From the IMG/VR virus record IMGVR_UViG_3300035670_000027: a DNA stretch of 64,000 nt. One strand, written 5' to 3'. Below the pieces are notes generated by a model, which was not told the origin of the DNA, made no database searches, and saw only the letters and a program-made list of their open reading frames with translations. A program made the position numbers and the translations under genes. The stretch comes from a virus. Shown piece after piece: positions 56,335-64,000 of the stretch (position 1 is its first letter; every line of letters begins with the position of its first letter).

Positions 56335-57275
56335 TATTTCACCTCACATGAAGCCATGACTTCGGTTAGAAAGGCAACCATATTGATTTCTTGGTCAGCA
56401 ACGAATGCAGACTTGTATTGATACTCACCAAGGAGTACAACAAGTTCTGGAATAGATTGTGGCGAAAAGTAATCAACTGCATGGTCAAAAAAGTTTCGAA
56501 ACAAGACAGATGATTCATTGTCAAGATTGTCCACCACCCATTTACGCATTGTGGTGAAGTCTTTCTCGCCAATTGCTTCTAAGAGTTTCTTCATCGAAAC
56601 TTCAGTTACATTTGCAAGAAGACCTGTATCGATTTTACCTGTGGCTGAGTAACGCTGAAGTTCATTCAGCACACGGCGAAAGTCTGGAAAATGTTTCTTG
56701 ACAAGTTCAGCAACAACTTTGCTATCGTACTCTACTTGTTCACTTTGCAGAATACTCTCAACTCGTTTGAAGAATTGTGTAGCAAGTTTTGGCTTGTCTG
56801 TTGCGGCTATCTTAAATTGTACAACTGAGCACCGACTGTGTAGTGGTGCAATAATTCTGTTGAGAAAGTTACAAGTAAGAATAAAACCGCAATTATTAGA
56901 ATACTCTTCCATAAAATTTCGTAGTGCTGGCTGAGTGCTTTGAGGATTAAGATAGTCAGCCTCGTCAAGTATAACATACTTGCGACCCCCAACAAACGAA
57001 ACAGTACTGGCAAAGTTTTTAATCTCATTACGGAGCGTATCGATATTGCCATTCATACTCCCATTGATAACGATATAGGAACAACCAAGTTCTTCCAGCA
57101 TCGATTTAGCAATAGTAGTCTTACCGATACCTGGACCACCTGCAAGAATTAGATTTGGTATTTCTTTCTGATCAACAAATTTTTGAAATGTGTTTTTCAG
57201 TTCCGCTGGTAGAATTGTGTCTTCTACTTTTCTTGGGCGATACTTCTCGACCCACAAGAATTCTTCTTTCATCAT
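56334..57275 (-). CDS. 44: clamp loader ATPase (gp44)
   Basis: WVEKYRP, GPGIGKT, DEAD and SRC motifs. Confidence 0.95.
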   Translation of the reverse strand: MMKEEFLWVEKYRPRKVEDTILPAELKNTFQKFVDQKEIPNLILAGGPGIGKTTIAKSMLEELGCSYIVINGSMNGNIDTLRNEIKNFASTVSFVGGRKYVILDEADYLNPQSTQPALRNFMEEYSNNCGFILTCNFLNRIIAPLHSRCSVVQFKIAATDKPKLATQFFKRVESILQSEQVEYDSKVVAELVKKHFPDFRRVLNELQRYSATGKIDTGLLANVTEVSMKKLLEAIGEKDFTTMRKWVVDNLDNESSVLFRNFFDHAVDYFSPQSIPELVVLLGEYQYKSAFVADQEINMVAFLTEVMASCEVK

Positions 57276-57339
57276 TCACCTCATTCATAACATAAAAAAT
57301 ATATTCTAACATAAACAATGTTAGAAAGCAAGAGTAGTG

Positions 57340-57714
57340 TTATACTTGTGCAGGATCGCAATAAGTAGGATTACACCAATCAGGATCAAGTGCTACTCTT
57401 CGCCACTTGCCATCCGCTTTAATCCATAGCCTGTTATCTTTACCAACAGACATATGGACCTTGTTTAGGTATTCTTCATTAGTCATAACAAAAGAAGAGT
57501 ATTCACCAGGTAAAGGAGATTTTTGAGGTTTTTTATTACCCTGAAGAACAAATGTTAGGTCACTTTCTGGTTTCAAATGAGATATATCCTCAATCTCTTT
57601 CTTTGCCTCTGGCATCGTCACGACCACAGTAGTCACTACTGGTGCTACAATTGCCGCACCAACAATACCTGCTTTACAAAAAAAATTTCTACGACTTACT
57701 TGGTTAGAATCCAT
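57340..57714 (-). CDS. Tat-signal hypothetical protein
   Basis: SRRNFF twin-arginine motif and hydrophobic segment. Confidence 0.7.
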   Translation of the reverse strand: MDSNQVSRRNFFCKAGIVGAAIVAPVVTTVVVTMPEAKKEIEDISHLKPESDLTFVLQGNKKPQKSPLPGEYSSFVMTNEEYLNKVHMSVGKDNRLWIKADGKWRRVALDPDWCNPTYCDPAQV

Positions 57715-57989
57715 TTGGCGATTTCCTTTGCATCTGTTTCAATCACTTGTTTTTGCGCTGGCATAGGGATTGCACCCCAAACGCCTTGTGCGCCATTACG
57801 AATCTTGCCAGCAAGATAATTAACATTGTCGCCTTTCGTTTTGTACTTTGCAGAGATATCTTTGAATGCAGGACCAACAATCTTCTTCTCTACATTGTGA
57901 CATGCCACACAACCATACTTCTTAACTAGGTCTTCGCTGGCATAGATTGACGGTGAAACTAAAAGTAAAGCAAGTAAAAGTTTTTTCAT
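57696..57989 (-). CDS. cytochrome c551/c552-type monoheme cytochrome
   Basis: Signal peptide; CVACH, VGPAF and WGAIPMP motifs. Confidence 0.95.
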   Translation of the reverse strand: MKKLLLALLLVSPSIYASEDLVKKYGCVACHNVEKKIVGPAFKDISAKYKTKGDNVNYLAGKIRNGAQGVWGAIPMPAQKQVIETDAKEIAKWILTK

Positions 57990-57998
57990 ACTGCCTCC

Positions 57999-58262
57999 TT
58001 ATTTGATAACTTGAGTATATAGTTCCTCAAGGTCAGAGATTTCTGTGGTCACTTCAGCGAGGTTCTGCTTGTGATAGATTCGTGCCATCTTTGCAATGTA
58101 CTTCTTTGGCACACCAACTTGGTCGTGCAAATTCACAATTGCTTCTTTGATGAAATCTTTCTCTGAATCGATTCGTGTCATTGATGCATCGATTTCACGA
58201 ATACAATCTGCAATCTTTTTCTTGTCTGCTTCACTTGTTGGAATAACAATATTGGTACTCAT
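57999..58262 (-). CDS. dsbA: DsbA-like dsDNA-binding protein
   Basis: Size; KMARIYHKQ motif. Confidence 0.75.
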   Translation of the reverse strand: MSTNIVIPTSEADKKKIADCIREIDASMTRIDSEKDFIKEAIVNLHDQVGVPKKYIAKMARIYHKQNLAEVTTEISDLEELYTQVIK

Positions 58263-58264
58263 AA

Positions 58265-58933
58265 TTAAGCCTCGTAGCGTGAACCTGCCTCAGTTGCAAT
58301 CCAATATTCAATTGGGTCTTTCTTCGATTTGAAGTGTGAGATACCTTTAGAAGAAATCTTCACATCATAGTCGCCAGGAATCATTTTGAGATTCTCTGTG
58401 ACAAAGATCATCTGAAAGTCTGCATCGGTGTCACCAACATCAATAGAGAATACATCTGAATCGCCATTCTTCACATCAAGACAAACGATAGAGATTTTTT
58501 TGCGGTTGCCACGAACTGCAATGTTGGGCAAGCCAAGAACACCTGCAAGTTTGAGAACCTGATTCAAATCGTCTTTTGTGAGTGTGAAATTCACTTCGGC
58601 GTTTTTCACATCTAGGTCTTTATCTGGTGGTGCAACAACCATAGATTCATCAGAGAGACCATAGGTGGTGCTAGAAGTTCCGGCGGTGATTTTCAAAGTC
58701 TTGTCATTGACTTTTACATCTGGATCCTTTAGAGAGGTCAACAATGCAAGCAAACGATTGAGATCATAGATTGCAAAGTCTTTGTCAAAGGATTCTGTTA
58801 CGGTTGCTTTCGCCATAACATTTTGTTGTTTACTGATAGTGCGTAGAGTGCTACCAGTCTTGAAAACGATTCCTTGATTGATTGTAGAAAAGTTTTTCAA
58901 AACATTCAAGGTTGATTCACTTAGTTTCATCAT
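58265..58933 (-). CDS. 45: sliding clamp (gp45)
   Basis: LKNFSTIN, FAIYDL and YWIA.E motifs. Confidence 0.95.
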   Translation of the reverse strand: MMKLSESTLNVLKNFSTINQGIVFKTGSTLRTISKQQNVMAKATVTESFDKDFAIYDLNRLLALLTSLKDPDVKVNDKTLKITAGTSSTTYGLSDESMVVAPPDKDLDVKNAEVNFTLTKDDLNQVLKLAGVLGLPNIAVRGNRKKISIVCLDVKNGDSDVFSIDVGDTDADFQMIFVTENLKMIPGDYDVKISSKGISHFKSKKDPIEYWIATEAGSRYEA

Positions 58934-59207
58934 TACTTACTCCTTCATATAGGTCATGTACATAGAGCATAATCATAGCATAGTGTAAGACTTTTAGCAA
59001 GTCTTTTCGGTTCTTTCCTTCTTTCTTACCATATCTCTGAGCATACTTGATGATGTTGCCACGACAGAATCCAATACCATCTCCATTATCGATAATGAAT
59101 TCTGTGGTTTGAAATTTGCTCTGAGAATAATGTTCACCATATGTCTTATCAATGTACTCTTTCAATTCGTTGATAAGTGCCGCTTCATTATATTTGTAGT
59201 CAATCAT
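58917..59207 (-). CDS. DUF3310-like protein
   Basis: GNIIKYAQRYGKK and DLLK motifs. Confidence 0.8.
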   Translation of the reverse strand: MIDYKYNEAALINELKEYIDKTYGEHYSQSKFQTTEFIIDNGDGIGFCRGNIIKYAQRYGKKEGKNRKDLLKVLHYAMIMLYVHDLYEGVSNDETK

Positions 59208-59223
59208 AATATAAAATCCTCAA

Positions 59224-60180
59224 TTACTTTTTGGGAGAATCTACACTCGCAGTTGGTGATGCGCCAACTGCCGCAAGTGCTGAAAGAGAACCGCCAAAAA
59301 TGTATGTACCAGTGTGCTTGAGTTTAACCCATGGTAGCATCCAAATGTGACCACCTGCTTTACGCAAGTACTGGCAGAACATATAGTCTTCAGATAGATA
59401 ACGCTTGGAAGATTCTGGCTCTCTTGAAAGATACTCTGCCGCTCTCGCTTTGATTTCTTCAGTATCTTTACCTTCGGCTAAATCTTCTAGCACCTTGTGC
59501 ATGTCATCAAAAGTGTAACCACGATCAATGACACAATCAAAGTAAGTCATGATTTCACGGGTGCCATCAAAGTTCTTTGTGCGAACATGGTCTGGTTTGT
59601 ATGAGAAGTTTGGATATGCTTCATCCATCAATTCAAATGCTTCACGCTTGATCATCATGAAACCAGTACCACCTTCTTTCACTTCAACTGGTTCATCAAC
59701 TTTGAATGATGTGATATGATCAGCAGGATTGAAAACATAATCACCAACAAACTCTTCAAGCATCATTGGATTCTTATCTGCAAATCCTTTATCGACTGCT
59801 TGCTTGATCTTCTCCCAAGAAATTGCTTTCTTTGGATATGGACCGCAGACAACATCCATTTGCTTACCATTGTAACCATTGGTAAGAAAGTGTGACATAA
59901 CAAGAATGTCATGGGCTTCGAAATGAATGTCACTATCGATAAAGAGCAAATAGTCATAACCGCTTCGCAGAAATTCATCTGCCAAGTAGTTTCTTGCTCT
60001 GGTGATTAGGGATTCGTTAAACATGAAAAAGAGTTTGGCATCGATTTGATGCTTGGTTGCCAAGATCATAAAGTCTGTAAGTGCTTTGGTATATGAACCA
60101 TAACACATACCGCCATACATTGGCGAGGCAATAAAGATTTTCTTTTCACGCAATTGTTGGATGTTCAATTCAAGTTGCAT
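59224..60180 (-). CDS. glycosyltransferase-like protein
   Basis: ESLITRARN, FIDSD, GTGFM and LSEDY motifs. Confidence 0.85.
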   Translation of the reverse strand: MQLELNIQQLREKKIFIASPMYGGMCYGSYTKALTDFMILATKHQIDAKLFFMFNESLITRARNYLADEFLRSGYDYLLFIDSDIHFEAHDILVMSHFLTNGYNGKQMDVVCGPYPKKAISWEKIKQAVDKGFADKNPMMLEEFVGDYVFNPADHITSFKVDEPVEVKEGGTGFMMIKREAFELMDEAYPNFSYKPDHVRTKNFDGTREIMTYFDCVIDRGYTFDDMHKVLEDLAEGKDTEEIKARAAEYLSREPESSKRYLSEDYMFCQYLRKAGGHIWMLPWVKLKHTGTYIFGGSLSALAAVGASPTASVDSPKK

Positions 60181-60226
60181 ATGTTCTCCATTATAAGGGA
60201 ATGATAAGTGTTTTATTTATATATGC

Positions 60227-60256
60227 GAAAAGAGGTCGCATTTAACGACCTCTTTC
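60227..60256. terminator. hairpin terminator
   Basis: AAAGAGGTCG/CGACCTCTTT. Confidence 0.7.
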
Positions 60257-60271
60257 AATTAGTACCGCAGA

Positions 60272-61450
60272 TTAGAACGGAATTTCTTCTTCGTTTTTCA
60301 CTTCGGCAGTTTCTACCGGAGCGGCGGTAGGATCGATACCAGCATCAATCTTGGTGTAGAGATCAAGGAAAGAAGTCTTGGTCTCGCCATCGAATCGATT
60401 GATACAGTACTGAATCGCATCCATTTTATCACCAAAGATTGTATATGCTTCGGCAATGTGGACAAGACGGCGAGTAGAAATCAATTCGTCAATCGCACCT
60501 TCTTCGAAAGTCTTACGAATGATATCAGCCCACTTCACAAGATTTGTGGCAAACTCTTCATCTTGAATGCTAAGACTGGCGAACACTTTCTTGAGAATCT
60601 TGGTCTCAATAGAAGTGGAAGGATATTCTTGCTCGACTGTAATCGGGAATCGCTCAAGGAAGGCATCATCAAGAATCGTAGCCGCCATGTAACGACCAGT
60701 CTCATCACCTTTACCCTTGGTGTTAGCGGTAGCGATAATGTTGAAACCATCAACGGGATCGACAAACTCACCAGTCTTCTTAATCAGAATACCTTTGCCT
60801 TCAAGGATACCTTGCAGACACATAAGTTTGTTAGAGCCACGATCAATCTCATCAAGCACAAGGACAGAGCCACGCTTCATTGCTTGGATAACAGGACCGT
60901 CAAACCATTTGGTCTCACCATCAATCAAACGGAAGCCACCAACAAGATCATCCTCATCGGTCTCAGGTGAAATGTTCACACGGAGAAACTCTCGCTTGGT
61001 TTGGGCACAGGCTTGTTCGACCATGAAAGTCTTGCCGTTACCAGACAGACCAGAAACGAATACAGGATAGAACCGCTTGCTATTCACAATGGCTTTCATC
61101 TTGTCAAAGAAACCAAACGCAACATATAGAGGATTCACTTTAGGAATCACGGCGCCTTCTTCGACACGACCAACAGTAGAAATTTTTGCAACAGGTTTTT
61201 GAACAACCGGTGCGGGAGTTTGTTTAGGCATCTCAACAACATTCGATCCAAGGTTGAGGTCGATACCGAATTCTGCGAGGGGCAATTCATACTTGCCACG
61301 ACCAACTCGGTATTTATCGTTTTCAATCCAGAAGTGGCGACTGAACCCTTCGCTAGAAAGGTCAACCAATTGCTGGCGGGTCACTACATTACCATAACGC
61401 TTTGCGGCTTCGGTCAAGAAGGCAACTTTTTCGGTCTGGCTAATCATCAC
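60272..61450 (-). CDS. CobS-like MoxR AAA+ ATPase
   Basis: GLSGNGKT, LDEID and TANTKG motifs. Confidence 0.9.
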   Translation of the reverse strand: MMISQTEKVAFLTEAAKRYGNVVTRQQLVDLSSEGFSRHFWIENDKYRVGRGKYELPLAEFGIDLNLGSNVVEMPKQTPAPVVQKPVAKISTVGRVEEGAVIPKVNPLYVAFGFFDKMKAIVNSKRFYPVFVSGLSGNGKTFMVEQACAQTKREFLRVNISPETDEDDLVGGFRLIDGETKWFDGPVIQAMKRGSVLVLDEIDRGSNKLMCLQGILEGKGILIKKTGEFVDPVDGFNIIATANTKGKGDETGRYMAATILDDAFLERFPITVEQEYPSTSIETKILKKVFASLSIQDEEFATNLVKWADIIRKTFEEGAIDELISTRRLVHIAEAYTIFGDKMDAIQYCINRFDGETKTSFLDLYTKIDAGIDPTAAPVETAEVKNEEEIPF

Positions 61451-61483
61451 AAATTTCCTTTCATCATCAAGTCAATAAACATA

Positions 61484-61511
61484 GTATACCAAAGAAGTGG
61501 TGGTATGTCAA
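61484..61511 (-). promoter_or_regulatory. sigma70 promoter
   Basis: TTGACA-17-TATACT. Confidence 0.75.
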
Positions 61512-63688
61512 GCGATTTCTTCAATTACTTTGGACAGTAGCACTCGGTTGGTCAAGCGGTTCTGATTCATCTTAAGAAACGCACCCCTAAGTTTGCGAGT
61601 ACTCACTTCTTTGTTGTCATCTCCCAACAAGTCATTCAAGTCTTCATCTTCAACATTCAATTCTTTGCCACCAGGAATCAGAAAATACTGATTGTATCCA
61701 TAGTTAGGAATCGAATAGAATTTTTCACTCTTGAAAGATTTGTAATCACTATCAGGAACAAACATACCAAAGCGGCGCATTGCATCAAAGAAGTAACGCT
61801 TGGTCGCTGGCAGAATGTAAAAGCCAATCAGATTACAACCGGTGCGGTCTTTAAGAATCTGCAACAGTACAGGCGTCACACCATTGTCACCGATACGGTA
61901 CCGCTTTTGTGTTTGCTTATCTTGAATATAAGAAACAGAGTACCGAGTAGGAGCCGCAATGCGAATCGAACTGTAATAGTCTTCACCTTTGGTGTAGAGA
62001 GAACTGCTATCATCACCGTCAGTCAAAAAGACAACATCAACAATTTCTGCTTTGTGCGATTTGCGAAAACGATTCACGATACCGCTTGCGGCATAGATTG
62101 TTGCATTCAGCGGAGTACCACCAAGACCCATGTTAGGATTTATGGCACTATTCCGCTTGTAGTAATCAAGAATAAACTCACCATAATTCAACATGTCATT
62201 CGCCATACGGCGATACTCTTGATTCTTCATGCGGCTGGAAAAGAGATTCAACAAAACAAATTGCTCACCGAAAGTAATGTCACCAGTCTTTTCGCTGAAA
62301 GGAGTAACACGCTTGCGGAAACCATTTTCATCTATTTGAATATCACGCTTAACATATTCAGTAGAGAATGCATACACTTCAAAAGGAACATTCACTTTGC
62401 GGCAGAAGGTTGTGAGAGTAATCAACTGCTCAATGGTGCCTTGCATGTTATCAGTCATAGAACCAGACCAGTCAAGGAACATCACAATGCCGTGATTCTT
62501 ACCAGCGGCTACTGAACCGACCTTGCGGAAGATATTGTCATTGAATTTGTATGTGTGAAGTTTGTTGGTATCGATAACACCAGTATCAGACACAACCACA
62601 CGGCGCAACTCAGCCGCTTTCTTACGCATCTCAAATTCTTTGACAAGATACGAAACTGAATTCTTTGTTTTCTTTTCGAATTCAATCAGCATATCGTTTT
62701 TGTAATCTTCATGCTTTTCAAGAAACACTTGACCAACAAGGTCTTTGAAAGGCACAATTAATTTTGCGTAATTTACGCATTCATCACAACCAGACAAAGG
62801 ACCATTGTGAATCTCTTTTTGCTCTGCCATGTTGCGTAGAGCATTTTCAAGATTCTCATCGGTAGAAGATTTCACTTCATCATATTCTTTCAATTCTTCT
62901 GGTTGATGATCTTCGAATTGTGGCTCTTGACTACGATAGCCACGACCTTCGGTGCTATCATCAAAATCATCTTCATCAGAATCAACCATGTCTGGATTCA
63001 GACTTTCGGCTTCATCTTGAAATGGATCATCGAAATCATCCATGTCATCCATGTCCATCTCATCATCAAATTCGCCAGCGGCAAGTTTCTCTTTGAATTC
63101 TTGCATGGCTTCTTCACGCTTTTTTTCTAATTCTTCTTTACAGTAGGCATACAATTCTTTGCACACGGCAACAACATCATCAAAGGTTTCGCATGAGGAA
63201 ACTTTTTTGACAAGGGCTTGCTCTTCAGGTGTGAAGTCTACAGTAAAGAAAGGACCGATCTTAAAGTAAAGATTGATTCGGTCAATGAGTAACATGCGAT
63301 TTACATCCTTGTTTTTCACTTGGAAGAAATCACGATTCATAAATTCTTTGTAACCAACATTGAATGATTTTTTGAGACCAGGATAGCGGTCTTTGATGCG
63401 CCGTTCAATACGGGCATCTTCAACAACATTCAGGAATGTTTTGAACCCCTTAGGCATATCTGCTTGAACAGAACCGTAGTCTGTCGGAGTATCAATCGCA
63501 TGACCGACTTCGTGACCAATGAACAGGTCTTCCATATCGGTAGTCATATCGTTAAGTAGGGGAAGAACCAGAGTCCGTGTCGCAACATTGAATGATGCCG
63601 TATCAGTCTTGCGGTATTCAACATTGATATTTTCGGTGGCTAAGAGTTTAGCCAGATTAGATTTGGTAATTTGCGTGGTTTGCATCAT
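61508..63688 (-). CDS. CobT-like metallopeptidase plus VWA protein
   Basis: HEVGH; DWSGS MIDAS motif; GTPL and LTDG. Confidence 0.9.
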   Translation of the reverse strand: MMQTTQITKSNLAKLLATENINVEYRKTDTASFNVATRTLVLPLLNDMTTDMEDLFIGHEVGHAIDTPTDYGSVQADMPKGFKTFLNVVEDARIERRIKDRYPGLKKSFNVGYKEFMNRDFFQVKNKDVNRMLLIDRINLYFKIGPFFTVDFTPEEQALVKKVSSCETFDDVVAVCKELYAYCKEELEKKREEAMQEFKEKLAAGEFDDEMDMDDMDDFDDPFQDEAESLNPDMVDSDEDDFDDSTEGRGYRSQEPQFEDHQPEELKEYDEVKSSTDENLENALRNMAEQKEIHNGPLSGCDECVNYAKLIVPFKDLVGQVFLEKHEDYKNDMLIEFEKKTKNSVSYLVKEFEMRKKAAELRRVVVSDTGVIDTNKLHTYKFNDNIFRKVGSVAAGKNHGIVMFLDWSGSMTDNMQGTIEQLITLTTFCRKVNVPFEVYAFSTEYVKRDIQIDENGFRKRVTPFSEKTGDITFGEQFVLLNLFSSRMKNQEYRRMANDMLNYGEFILDYYKRNSAINPNMGLGGTPLNATIYAASGIVNRFRKSHKAEIVDVVFLTDGDDSSSLYTKGEDYYSSIRIAAPTRYSVSYIQDKQTQKRYRIGDNGVTPVLLQILKDRTGCNLIGFYILPATKRYFFDAMRRFGMFVPDSDYKSFKSEKFYSIPNYGYNQYFLIPGGKELNVEDEDLNDLLGDDNKEVSTRKLRGAFLKMNQNRLTNRVLLSKVIEEIA

Positions 63689-63735
63689 TGCCCTTTCGAT
63701 CACAGACTATATAGTAACATAACTTTTCGGCAATG

Positions 63736-64000
63736 TCAAGCGACTGCTACCGCTTCATCAATCAACTTGATGCGAGGATCAGTCGGATCAATCTCTTCAA
63801 GTACCATTCGCTCTTCCATCATATTGCCAACATCAGCACCAATGTAGGGGTTAGCAGGTTTTGCTTTCGGTTTGAATTCGCTCAAAGGCTTCCAAGATAT
63901 CTTGCGAAAGAACCAGTCAGGCACCGTGACTTTGACTTCGAAATTCTTGCCGATGAATTTCACTTGAGCCACAGAGAGTGGCATCCAAGATTCAAGTCCA
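63736..64000 (-). CDS. hypothetical protein (probably partial)
   Basis: The reading frame stays open to the window edge. Confidence 0.55.
   Translation of the reverse strand, partial: GLESWMPLSVAQVKFIGKNFEVKVTVPDWFFRKISWKPLSEFKPKAKPANPYIGADVGNMMEERMVLEEIDPTDPRIKLIDEAVAVA

Noticed and set aside
60272-63688. Cobalamin biosynthesis genes
   Set aside because: The MoxR AAA plus VWA pair is common in T4-like phages; no cobN or other cob genes are present in the window.
26079-63722. Numerous plus-strand ORFs opposite core genes
   Set aside because: Antisense shadows of well-supported minus-strand genes.

Overview
64 kb of a large T4-like (T4-superfamily) myophage genome in the standard genetic code, almost all on the minus strand. 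The host is probably a proteobacterium, and the cytochrome c551-type, AhpC/AhpD and IbpA-type Hsp20 genes point to Betaproteobacteria (inference). Layout: (1) 1-4 kb, small early genes behind sigma70 promoters that share a palindromic operator pair. (2) 4-7 kb, a plus-strand late module of three exported or membrane proteins. (3) ahpC/ahpD and a phosphoesterase. (4) 9.2-14.3 kb, an array of 26 tRNA genes covering all 20 amino acids, interleaved with at least four structured ncRNAs and one highly aberrant tRNA-Tyr. (5) rnh, ClpP-like, RuvC-like and envelope enzymes, nrdB, nrdA, thyX and primase. (6) A lysis cassette and virion/internal head proteins. (7) The T4 replication block: gp41, uvsX, split gp43, hsp20, regA, gp62/44/45, dsbA and cobS/cobT-like genes. 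Main finding: directly upstream of the tRNA array lies an unannotated 37-codon ORF (14496-14609) that encodes all 20 amino acids with 31 different codons. Its last codons are the antiterminator strand of an adjacent intrinsic terminator. This looks like a ribosome-mediated attenuator that would switch on the phage tRNA array when almost any host tRNA becomes limiting. All family assignments are from motif recognition; no database searches were run.
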